From Pseudothermotoga sp. (GTDB lineage: Bacteria > Thermotogota > Thermotogae > Thermotogales > DSM-5069), in the NCBI GenBank assembly GCA_041640575.1, contig JBEPZZ010000021.1:1-25938 (forward strand): a stretch of DNA of 25,938 nt. The letters run 5' to 3'. Shown piece by piece: positions 1 through 7,988 of the stretch (its first letter is position 1; each line of letters opens with the position of its first letter). A program made the translations under genes and the position numbers. The notes beneath the pieces were generated by a model. The model worked only from the letters and a program-made list of their open reading frames with translations. It was not told where the DNA came from and searched no databases.

Positions 1-41
1 CACGATGATTTTCTTAATAAATCGCTAAATTCTTGGTACAA
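1..41 (-). CDS. 5' end of a gene running off the left edge (MYQEFSDLLRKSS...); possibly an NAD-dependent deacylase (sirtuin) N-terminus
   Basis: GAGGTG SD at 53-48, TTG at 41, frame open to base 1, 1 nt after the upstream stop. Only 13 codons are visible, so the product is a guess from recalled similarity to Thermotoga NpdA. Confidence 0.35.
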   Translation of the reverse strand, partial: MYQEFSDLLRKSS

Positions 42-42
42 A

Positions 43-621
43 TCATTCACCTCTTTTGAAAATCACCCTTGGAAATGACATCTTGGGGCCTATGGATTGC
101 CAATAAATTTGATTGTCAACAACTTTAGTTGGAGTTGGGTCGATTGTGATTATCTCAGCATCCAAGGGAACAACGACTACTATTTCAGAGTCATTCGTTC
201 CAGCTATTGTTAAGTCCTTCATCTGCGTATCCACAACGCTATTGTTCACCGTAGCGGCATTGTTCAACCGGGCTATTTCTACTATTTCCAAAATGCCTGC
301 ACGCTCGTTCACATTCGATTCCATAGAAACTACTTCGATTTCTCTACCGATTCTCTTGCTCACATCCTCAAAGTACTTTTTGAAAGTATCAAGCGAAACT
401 TGCTGATACTGTTGGATGTACTGAGCTTGCTTGTTTTTATCTTTAAAGAACAAACCTGCTGTGGTTGTGAATACTGCAGAACCAGAATAATCGTATTCCA
501 TTCGACTTCGATAGTACACTATTTCAAACGGTGGTTTTTGTGTGAAAATCGATATGAATTGAAAAGCAATGAAAAAACCAACAAAAGCCATTAGGATGTA
601 TAAAAGAGTTTTTTGATTCAC
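43..621 (-). CDS. Membrane-anchored conserved hypothetical protein (DUF4897-like)
   Basis: ORF 43..639; better start is GTG 621 with GAGGAG SD 8 nt upstream. One N-terminal TM helix (LLYILMAFVGFFIAFQFISIF) then a beta-rich soluble domain. Family name from recall. Confidence 0.6.
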   Translation of the reverse strand: MNQKTLLYILMAFVGFFIAFQFISIFTQKPPFEIVYYRSRMEYDYSGSAVFTTTAGLFFKDKNKQAQYIQQYQQVSLDTFKKYFEDVSKRIGREIEVVSMESNVNERAGILEIVEIARLNNAATVNNSVVDTQMKDLTIAGTNDSEIVVVVPLDAEIITIDPTPTKVVDNQIYWQSIGPKMSFPRVIFKRGE

Positions 622-671
622 TTTGCTGGCTCCTCTCAATTGTAAGATCAGATATATGTTATCACAGGATT

Positions 672-1049
672 TTAATCTTCGAGCACGACCAAAACCTTTG
701 TCCCAGGGGCAACTTGTTTCAAAACATTGAGATCCGACTTTATTTTTCCAAAGACATTTACTGCACTTGCCGGTCTAATCTTATCGTCACTAATCGGAGT
801 TTTTCCGAAAAAGAGACAGATTGCTCTGCCAGGTATCCAGAAAGCAACATCTCCTTCTTCAACAACTTCCCTGCTGTTTTCCTCGAAACTCATTTTTACA
901 GGAGTTTCAAAATAGATCTCATCGCCCCATCGATTCACAACACTTCTAATTGGAAGCTCCTTCAAGACAGCTTCCACCGTAAAAGGAGCTTTTTGTTGAT
1001 CAAGCTCAGCTATACATTCGTAACGTCCAAAGATGAACTTGATTTTCAT
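672..1049 (-). CDS. Cyclophilin-like fold protein (DUF369/TM1367 family)
   Basis: ATG 1049 with GGAGGTG SD; motifs RWGDEIYF, GDVAFWIPGRAICLFFGKTP, PASAVNVFG. Confidence 0.85.
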   Translation of the reverse strand: MKIKFIFGRYECIAELDQQKAPFTVEAVLKELPIRSVVNRWGDEIYFETPVKMSFEENSREVVEEGDVAFWIPGRAICLFFGKTPISDDKIRPASAVNVFGKIKSDLNVLKQVAPGTKVLVVLED

Positions 1050-1104
1050 CAAGATCACCTCCAAGATAATAATTTTACCTGACAATCTGGTGGTAAAAAA
1101 GTTC

Positions 1105-1134
1105 TTGCTTTAGTCTCATAATTTAGAGTATAAT
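1105..1134 (+). promoter_or_regulatory. Sigma70-type promoter for the regulator-aminotransferase-dehydrogenase operon
   Basis: TTGCTT (1105-1110), 18-nt spacer, TATAAT (1129-1134), 21 nt before GTG 1156. Confidence 0.65.
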
Positions 1135-1149
1135 TCACTCAGTGAGTGA
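1135..1149. promoter_or_regulatory. Candidate operator, perfect 7-1-7 inverted repeat TCACTCA-G-TGAGTGA
   Basis: Read directly; abuts the -10 box and spans the predicted transcription start. Confidence 0.6.
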
Positions 1150-1155
1150 TCATTC

Positions 1156-1797
1156 GTGAGAAATGACAGTTTTTTTGAGCCTACGGCAAAATTCAAAGAG
1201 TATGTTGTTTTGAAAACAATCTCCCAACTTGGTTCAATTTCACAGCAAAAGCTTGCGAAAATTGTTGGTGTAGCACCTTCAATGGTGAACAAGTACCTCT
1301 CGAGTTTACAAGCAAATGGATTTATACAAAAATCGGGGCCAAACAAAAAAAGAATGAATTATTTGTTGACGGATGATGGAAAAGCTCGGCTGCAGTATTT
1401 GACAGTTTCGTATTTCAGCGAAGTTGCTCGCCTTCATAAACAGTCAAGAGAAACCTTCAGAAAAGTTTTCGAAACACTTCAACAACTGGAAGCTAAAAGA
1501 TTCATTTTGTACGGTGCTGGAGTGATTGGGCAAACCCTAGCTGAACTGTTGCTGAACGAGGGTCTGACAGTCGTTTGCCTTCTAGATGACGATCCAAAAA
1601 AGCAGGGAAAGAACCTGCTTGGTATCCCAATATTTTCCTCAGAACAATTTGTTTCAGTAAGTTATGACGCTATTCTTATAGCATCTTTTAGACATGCAGA
1701 CGAAATCTTTCAAAAAGCAAAAAGAAAGAATCTTCGAAACATTTACATTTTCAGGATCGAAACGTCGGGTGAAATGTACCTCGAAAGGAGAGATTGA
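1156..1797 (+). CDS. Winged helix-turn-helix (MarR-like) regulator with C-terminal Rossmann-like domain
   Basis: N-terminal ISQQKLAKIVGVAPSMVNKYL...YLLTDDG wHTH; C-terminal ILYGAGVIG (GxGxxG) and LLDDDPKKQG...GIPIF. Confidence 0.8.
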   Translation: MRNDSFFEPTAKFKEYVVLKTISQLGSISQQKLAKIVGVAPSMVNKYLSSLQANGFIQKSGPNKKRMNYLLTDDGKARLQYLTVSYFSEVARLHKQSRETFRKVFETLQQLEAKRFILYGAGVIGQTLAELLLNEGLTVVCLLDDDPKKQGKNLLGIPIFSSEQFVSVSYDAILIASFRHADEIFQKAKRKNLRNIYIFRIETSGEMYLERRD

Positions 1798-1799
1798 GC

Positions 1800-2945
1800 A
1801 TGAAGGTTCCTCTTTTTGATCTCACAAGGCAGTATGAATCCATCAGAACGGAGATGCTGAATACAATAGACGAGGTTTTGAGGTCAGGGAGAGTAATACT
1901 TGGTCCAAATGTGGAGAAACTGGAAAGAGAAATAGCTAATTATGTCGGGGTTAAGCATGCCATTGGTGTGGCAAATGGCTCAGATGCGCTTTACATCGCT
2001 GTAAAAGCGTTGGAAATAGGCCCTGGAGATCTGGTGATAACAACTCCATTCACGTTCTTCGCAACAGTCAGTTGTATAACAAGAAACGGAGCTGGTTTTG
2101 TCTTCGCGGACATAGATGAAAAAACCTTCAACATTGATCTTGATCAAGTAGAAGAGATTTTGAAAAGACATCCTCAGAAAGATAAAATAAAAGCCTTTAT
2201 ACCTGTTCATTTGTTCGGAAGGACAATAAATTTGGAAAGATTAGAGCAAATCAAGAATGACTACGGAATAAAAATAATAGAAGATTGTGCTCAATCAATA
2301 GGTTCGGAGTGGATTTATCCTTCTGGAGAAAGGAAAAAAAGTGGAAGTATAGGCGATTTGTCTATCTTGTCGTTTTTTCCTACCAAGAATCTTGGAGCTT
2401 ATGGCGATGGTGGCATGATTTTAACTAACGATGACAATCTTGCTGATTTCTGCAAGTACTTTAGAGTTCATGGTGCACGAATCAGGTATTTCCACGAAAT
2501 AGAAGGCGTTAACAGCAGGTTAGATGAAATTCAAGCTGCCATTTTGATAGTTAAGATGAAATATTTGGAGCAATACCACAAAAAAAGAATCGAAATAGCA
2601 AAGAAATACAACCAACTTTTGAGCGATCTTCAAGAAGTACTTGTTATCCCATCGCTTGAAGAAGATCTTGTATGTATTTTTCACCAATACGTGGTGAGGG
2701 TAAAGAACAACTTAAGAGACAAACTTAGAGAGTTTTTGAAACAAAACGGCGTTGAAACAGCGATTTACTATCCACTTCCAATGCACAAACAAGTATGCTT
2801 TGAAAAAGCTGCAAAAGGTTATTCGTTGCCAAAAGCTGAAATGGCCTCAAGAGAGGTCCTTGCGTTGCCTATTTTTCCAGAATTAACAAATGAAGAGGTT
2901 ACCTATGTTTGTGAAAAAATCCATGAATTTTTCAAGGGGGTCTGA
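1800..2945 (+). CDS. DegT/DnrJ/EryC1/StrS family PLP-dependent sugar aminotransferase (WbpE-like)
   Basis: ANGSDAL, PVHLFG, IEDCAQ, SFFPTKNLGAYGDGG (PLP lysine), NSRLDEIQAA. ATG 1800 is 9 nt after the AAGGAG SD. Confidence 0.93.
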   Translation: MKVPLFDLTRQYESIRTEMLNTIDEVLRSGRVILGPNVEKLEREIANYVGVKHAIGVANGSDALYIAVKALEIGPGDLVITTPFTFFATVSCITRNGAGFVFADIDEKTFNIDLDQVEEILKRHPQKDKIKAFIPVHLFGRTINLERLEQIKNDYGIKIIEDCAQSIGSEWIYPSGERKKSGSIGDLSILSFFPTKNLGAYGDGGMILTNDDNLADFCKYFRVHGARIRYFHEIEGVNSRLDEIQAAILIVKMKYLEQYHKKRIEIAKKYNQLLSDLQEVLVIPSLEEDLVCIFHQYVVRVKNNLRDKLREFLKQNGVETAIYYPLPMHKQVCFEKAAKGYSLPKAEMASREVLALPIFPELTNEEVTYVCEKIHEFFKGV

Positions 2946-2948
2946 GAA

Positions 2949-4253
2949 ATGCTGAAGGAAAAGATACTCAATAAAACGGCTGTTGTCGGAGTCGTTGGGC
3001 TTGGTTATGTTGGTCTCCCATTAGCAGTTGAGAAGGCAAAAGCTGGATTCAAAGTTATCGGATTTGACATTCAGCAAAAAAGGGTGGATATGGTTAACAG
3101 AGGTGAAAATTACATCGGTGACGTCGTATCCGACGATCTAAAGGCTGTTGTTGAAAATGGCAAATTATCAGCAACGACTGATTACGATTGGTTGAGAAAT
3201 TGTGATGTTGTAACAATATGTGTTCCCACACCGCTGGATAAATTTAAGCAGCCAGACTTGACTTATGTGGTGAACACCGCTGAAGAAATTGCCAAGCGAC
3301 TCCACAAAGACATGCTTATTGTTTTAGAATCTACAACATATCCAGGAACAACCGAAGAGGTTGTCAAACCGATTCTCGAAAGGACAGGTTTAGTGTGTGA
3401 GAAGGATTTTTACCTCGCTTTCAGTCCAGAAAGAGTTGATCCAGGAAACCTACTTTACAAAACAAAGAACACACCAAAGGTTGTTGGCGGAGTTGGCCAA
3501 AAATCAACAGAAATCGCTAAGTTGCTCTACGAGTCTGTTCTTGAAGCACCTGTGTTTGTGGTATCCTCACCAAAAGAAGCTGAGATGGCTAAAATACTCG
3601 AAAATACCTTCAGATTAGTTAACATAGCCTTGATTAACGAGATGGCAATACTGGCAAGAAAAATGAACATAAATATCTGGGAAGTCATCCAGGCTGCCGC
3701 TACTAAACCCTTTGGTTTTATGCCTTTCTATCCGGGACCTGGTGTTGGAGGCCATTGTATACCCATTGATCCGTTGTATCTTACTTACAAAGCCAAAGAA
3801 TACGATTATCACACAAGATTGATAGAAATTGCTGGGGAAATAAACGACTTCATGCCTGAATACGTCACTCAAAGAACAATGGAACTACTCAACGAGAGAA
3901 AAAAATGCCTCAATGGAGCTCATGTTCTTCTTGTCGGCGTTGCTTACAAAGGAGACGTTAGTGATACAAGAGAATCACCAGCGTTAAAAGTATTAGAACA
4001 TCTTGAAAAATACAATGCCAAGGTTGTCCCAGTAGATCCATACGTAACAGAATTCAAGTACAAGGATGAAGTAAGAAAAACTGAAAGCTTAACTGAAGAA
4101 TTATGTGAGTGGGCAGATATAGCAATCATTACAACAGCTCACAAAGCAAGGATCAATTACAAATTTTTGGTAGAGAAATGTCCACTGATTTTTGATACAA
4201 AGAATATTCTAGGATCTTTTGGATTAAAGTCAGAAAAAATCTACTTACTTTGA
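2949..4253 (+). CDS. Nucleotide-sugar dehydrogenase, UDP-N-acetylhexosamine 6-dehydrogenase (WbpA/WecC family)
   Basis: GLGYVGLP, ICVPTP, ESTTYPGTT, SPERVDPGN, catalytic GVGGHCIPIDP, YKGDVSDTRESP. Confidence 0.93.
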   Translation: MLKEKILNKTAVVGVVGLGYVGLPLAVEKAKAGFKVIGFDIQQKRVDMVNRGENYIGDVVSDDLKAVVENGKLSATTDYDWLRNCDVVTICVPTPLDKFKQPDLTYVVNTAEEIAKRLHKDMLIVLESTTYPGTTEEVVKPILERTGLVCEKDFYLAFSPERVDPGNLLYKTKNTPKVVGGVGQKSTEIAKLLYESVLEAPVFVVSSPKEAEMAKILENTFRLVNIALINEMAILARKMNINIWEVIQAAATKPFGFMPFYPGPGVGGHCIPIDPLYLTYKAKEYDYHTRLIEIAGEINDFMPEYVTQRTMELLNERKKCLNGAHVLLVGVAYKGDVSDTRESPALKVLEHLEKYNAKVVPVDPYVTEFKYKDEVRKTESLTEELCEWADIAIITTAHKARINYKFLVEKCPLIFDTKNILGSFGLKSEKIYLL

Positions 4254-4309
4254 AGAATAACCAAAGATTTGTCAAAATCAAATTGTATAATTTTCTGGGG
4301 GGAAAATAA

Positions 4310-6358
4310 ATGGGTTGGCTTCCAGTAAGTTTAATCTCAGCTGTAAGTTCCATTTTAATCGCTCTCATTCTCTTCAAATATGTTGTTTCCAGAGATTCAG
4401 GGACTGAGAAGATGAGGCAAATTGCTCAGGCAATCAAGGAAGGAGCTCTTGCGTACTTGCGGCGGCAAAATCAAGTGCTTTTCATTTTTGTTGCCATAAT
4501 GTGTGTGATCATCGGCGCCGTTGCAGGATACACAAAAGGAATCCAGATAGGTATTGGTATGGCAATCTCTTATGTGCTCGGATCTGTCTGTACGACACTA
4601 GCTGCCTACATTGGAATGAGAGCAGCAATTGAAACAAATGTTCGAACAGCTTCCGCAGCACGGAAGGGTCTGAAGGCAGCTTTCCCAGTAGCATTTTTCG
4701 GTGGTTCCGTTATGGGTTTGTTCGTTGTTGGGATATCACTGTTTGGTATCAGTTTGCTGTATACGGTCTTTAAAGTACTCATGAGATGGTCAGATCAGGA
4801 CGCTTCAAATATGGTTTTGGGGTTCAGCTTTGGTGCAAGTGCCCTGGCTCTCTTTGCAAAAGCTGGTGGGGGAATATATACAAAAACAGCTGACATAAGT
4901 GCAGATTTGGTTGGAAAAGTTGAACTCGGAATTCCAGAGGATGATCCAAGAAACCCGGCGGTCATAGCCGACAATGTTGGTGATAACGTGGGCGACGTGG
5001 CTGGAATGGGTGCAGATTTAACTGATTCTTACATAGCAAGCATTATAGCGGCGATGATAATTGGCTCGGAGATCGGCGGAGGATTCTTTACAATCTTACC
5101 ACTTTTGATTGCTGCAATGGGCTTGATAGCTTCTATGATTAGTCTAATCTTTGTAGTCAGAAGTATCAAACAAAGTCCAGGAAAAGCTCTGAACATTGGA
5201 ACATTCACAACCTGTTTTATATTCGTTCTATTACTCCTTGTTGTTACAAAGTTTTCTCAATTGGGCGAGAAATGGCTTGGTGTCTTCTTGCCAACCATTG
5301 CAGGATTGGCAGCGGGAGTTGTAACTGGTTTAACCTCTGATTATTTCACATCAATAGAGAAGAAGCCTACTAGACACGTTGCGGAAGCCTCAGTTACGGG
5401 AACAGCTATAAACATCCTAACCGGTTTTTCGTATGGGTTGAGCAGCATCGTGCCTCCAATACTTTGTATTTCAGCCGCGACAATAGCTGCTTGGTATTTG
5501 GCAAGTTGGTTTGGAATTGATCCGTTTTATGGCATTGCAATTGCTGCGCTTGGTATGCTTTCGATAGTAGGTATGATTATCTCAGCCGATGCATATGGTC
5601 CAATTTCGGACAATGCGAAAGGCATCGCGGAACAATCTGGTTTGGGTGAAGAAGTTGTGGCTGTAACAGACATGCTTGATGCTGCCGGAAATACCTCAAA
5701 AGCTATAACCAAAGGTTTTGCAATTGGCTCAGCAGCCCTCACGGTTTTAGCACTTTTCTCCGCTTATGCACACCTTGTTGATATCAAAAGCCTTGAGATG
5801 ATCTCACCACAAGTGATAGCTGGATTGTTTATCGGTGCAATGATGCCACCCTTTCTTTCGGCTTTATTAATCCTTGCGGTGGGAAGAAATTGCCAGAGAA
5901 TGGTTGAGGAAGTTCGCAGACAGTTCAAAGAAATACCAGGGTTGATTGAAGGAAAAGCCAGACCTGATTACGCAAAATGTGTCGATATAGCCACAGTTGG
6001 AGCATTGAAAGAACTGATTCTGCCAGGTGTGCTTTCGATCTTGGCGCCGGTATTAACATTGATAATACTAGGGAAAGAGGCTCTGGCTGGTTTCCTCGCT
6101 GGGAGTATAGTCAGTGGAATCATTTTTGCCCTGCTCATGGCAAATTCAGGCGGATCATGGGACAATGCGAAAAAGTATATAGAAGAAGGACATTATGGCG
6201 GGAAAGGATCGGAAGCACACAAAGCAGCTGTTGTGGGTGATACCGTAGGTGATCCCTTCAAAGACACTGCAGGTCCTTCCTTAAACACAATGATTACCGT
6301 GATGTCTCTGGTCGCGGAGGTTTTTGCTCCATTGATACTTCTGCTGATTGTTAGATAA
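4310..6358 (+). CDS. hppA: Membrane-bound ion-translocating pyrophosphatase, K+-independent signature
   Basis: [84 protein letters not shown]; highly hydrophobic 682 aa. Confidence 0.95.
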   Translation: MGWLPVSLISAVSSILIALILFKYVVSRDSGTEKMRQIAQAIKEGALAYLRRQNQVLFIFVAIMCVIIGAVAGYTKGIQIGIGMAISYVLGSVCTTLAAYIGMRAAIETNVRTASAARKGLKAAFPVAFFGGSVMGLFVVGISLFGISLLYTVFKVLMRWSDQDASNMVLGFSFGASALALFAKAGGGIYTKTADISADLVGKVELGIPEDDPRNPAVIADNVGDNVGDVAGMGADLTDSYIASIIAAMIIGSEIGGGFFTILPLLIAAMGLIASMISLIFVVRSIKQSPGKALNIGTFTTCFIFVLLLLVVTKFSQLGEKWLGVFLPTIAGLAAGVVTGLTSDYFTSIEKKPTRHVAEASVTGTAINILTGFSYGLSSIVPPILCISAATIAAWYLASWFGIDPFYGIAIAALGMLSIVGMIISADAYGPISDNAKGIAEQSGLGEEVVAVTDMLDAAGNTSKAITKGFAIGSAALTVLALFSAYAHLVDIKSLEMISPQVIAGLFIGAMMPPFLSALLILAVGRNCQRMVEEVRRQFKEIPGLIEGKARPDYAKCVDIATVGALKELILPGVLSILAPVLTLIILGKEALAGFLAGSIVSGIIFALLMANSGGSWDNAKKYIEEGHYGGKGSEAHKAAVVGDTVGDPFKDTAGPSLNTMITVMSLVAEVFAPLILLLIVR

Positions 6359-6380
6359 GTCGAAAGCTAATGTCAAATTG

Positions 6381-6409
6381 GGGCAATTTTGAAAGAATTG
6401 CCCTTTTTT
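6381..6409 (+). terminator. Intrinsic terminator after hppA
   Basis: GGGCAATT (6381-6388) pairs with AATTGCCC (6396-6403), followed by T6. Confidence 0.85.
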
Positions 6410-6425
6410 ACAACTAGATGGCTTT

Positions 6426-6454
6426 TTGGCTGGAGATCTTCAAGGTAGTATAAT
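6426..6454 (+). promoter_or_regulatory. Sigma70-type promoter for the MutS-like/xseAB/dxs operon
   Basis: TTGGCT (6426-6431), 17-nt spacer, TATAAT (6449-6454), upstream of the GGAGGGAG SD (6468-6475). Confidence 0.55.
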
Positions 6455-6482
6455 CAATTTGCACTTTGGAGGGAGAAGTATT

Positions 6483-7988
6483 TTGCAAGAGGAATTTTTG
6501 GATAAGGAAACTAGACGATTTATCATGATAGACGAAATACTGCAGCCGTTTATTCCGATTACCGAATACGGAAGACAATGGATTAGAAAATTGCCGAGGC
6601 TGGTCAAAAATCAAAAAGATTTTGAGGAGAATTATCAACGCCTAAAAAGAATCTTAAACCTTGATAAAAGCCTTATCAACCAAATTGCACAATATCTTTC
6701 GAGGATACCTTCGATCACCGAACAATTGTCCAAGCGGCCAACGCATGTGAGCGAATTTGCAAGGATTAAAAGATACCTCTATAACTACGTTAAATTGAGT
6801 GAATTAGCTTTTGATTCATACAACTTTGTTGATCTTTCGAATCTTTGGCGGATTTTCGTGAGCATAACCGGTGAAACCGAAAGTTTTAATCTACAATCAG
6901 AAAAAATGGCCATACTGAGAAAAGAGCATATAAGAATTAGCAGCGAGATTTCGAAGGAAAGAGAAGAAGTCAAAAGTAAAATCGAAGAAATGTTCAACGC
7001 AAAAATTGCCTTGGATGAATTTACCTGCGATAAGGAAACCGGAAAGCAATTGTTAAGCCAGGGGTTGGTAGAAATTGTAAGGCAAAGCCATGAAAGGTAT
7101 CACCTAAAGATCAAGCAAACCGAAAAATCATTGGAATTGGAAGAGAAATTAAAAGAGGTCGAAGAAGATCTTGCAAGAGAAGAGGAAAGACTTCTAAAGA
7201 TTCTTGCCAACGCTGTTGAAGCAAATCAAGAATTACTTGAGCAAAGTGAAAGAATAGTAGAACTCATTGATTTGGACCTTTCAAGATATAAATTCTCTCA
7301 TTCCTTTAACTGCAGTATCCCAGAACTTTCTGAGAATATCTCAATGTTGAAAGCAGTTTTTCCACCGATTCTAAAGTATTGCCAGCAAAATGGTTATGAG
7401 TATTATCCTGTAACTTTCAAGACAAACAATGGTATTACGTTGTTGTACGGACCGAACATGGGAGGCAAGACGAGTTTTCTCAGAACTGTTGGTAGCCTTG
7501 TGGCTTTGACACATCTCGGCTATCCAGTTCCAGCAGAAAGCTTTTGTTGCCCTCTTTTTGAAGAAATTAGATACATCTCGAAGGGTGAGAATTTGGGCCT
7601 AAGTTCTTTCGCGAAGGAAATTCAGTCCTTCGTTCAAGTTCTTTCTTCAAAGAAGCGAAAACTTGTCTTGATGGATGAGTTTGGATCCAATACTAATCCA
7701 GTCGAAGGCGAGGCTCTTGCATTAGCCATTACGAAAGTCCTTCGTGACAGCACCGACTTTGTTTTGCTAACTTCTCACTACCCAAGATTAATTAAAGAAG
7801 CCGAACAAATCTACGCCTGTGGGAAAATTAAAGACATCAACGCTGATGATCCACATAAAATGGTTGAGTACACCTTGGAATATGGTATTAGGCAGGACAT
7901 CTTCATGGGAATAATACTTGCAAGAAAGTTTGGGCTTCCTGAGGAGATAGTTCGAGAAGCCTTGAAGGAAGTAGGAACTTATGAGTGA
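6483..7988 (+). CDS. Short MutS-family ATPase (MutS domain V plus coiled coil; no mismatch-binding or Smr domain)
   Basis: Walker A GPNMGGKTS, LSSFAKE signature, Walker B LMDEFGSNTNPVEG, TSHY, C-terminal LARKFGLPEEIV. TTG 6483 is 7 nt after the SD; ATG 6525 is an alternative start. Confidence 0.85.
   Translation: MQEEFLDKETRRFIMIDEILQPFIPITEYGRQWIRKLPRLVKNQKDFEENYQRLKRILNLDKSLINQIAQYLSRIPSITEQLSKRPTHVSEFARIKRYLYNYVKLSELAFDSYNFVDLSNLWRIFVSITGETESFNLQSEKMAILRKEHIRISSEISKEREEVKSKIEEMFNAKIALDEFTCDKETGKQLLSQGLVEIVRQSHERYHLKIKQTEKSLELEEKLKEVEEDLAREEERLLKILANAVEANQELLEQSERIVELIDLDLSRYKFSHSFNCSIPELSENISMLKAVFPPILKYCQQNGYEYYPVTFKTNNGITLLYGPNMGGKTSFLRTVGSLVALTHLGYPVPAESFCCPLFEEIRYISKGENLGLSSFAKEIQSFVQVLSSKKRKLVLMDEFGSNTNPVEGEALALAITKVLRDSTDFVLLTSHYPRLIKEAEQIYACGKIKDINADDPHKMVEYTLEYGIRQDIFMGIILARKFGLPEEIVREALKEVGTYE

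Noticed and set aside
1156..1797. Calling the regulator Rex
   Set aside because: The N-terminal domain is MarR-like, lacks Rex motifs such as RLPxY and RKD, and the nearby palindrome is not a Rex box.
4269..4291. TTGTCA...TATAAT as the hppA promoter
   Set aside because: The spacer is only 11 nt, so the two hexamers cannot form one sigma70 promoter.
6483..7988. Calling this canonical mutS, mutS2 or a truncated pseudogene
   Set aside because: Domains defining MutS1 and MutS2 are missing, but the ORF is intact with promoter, SD and all ATPase motifs.
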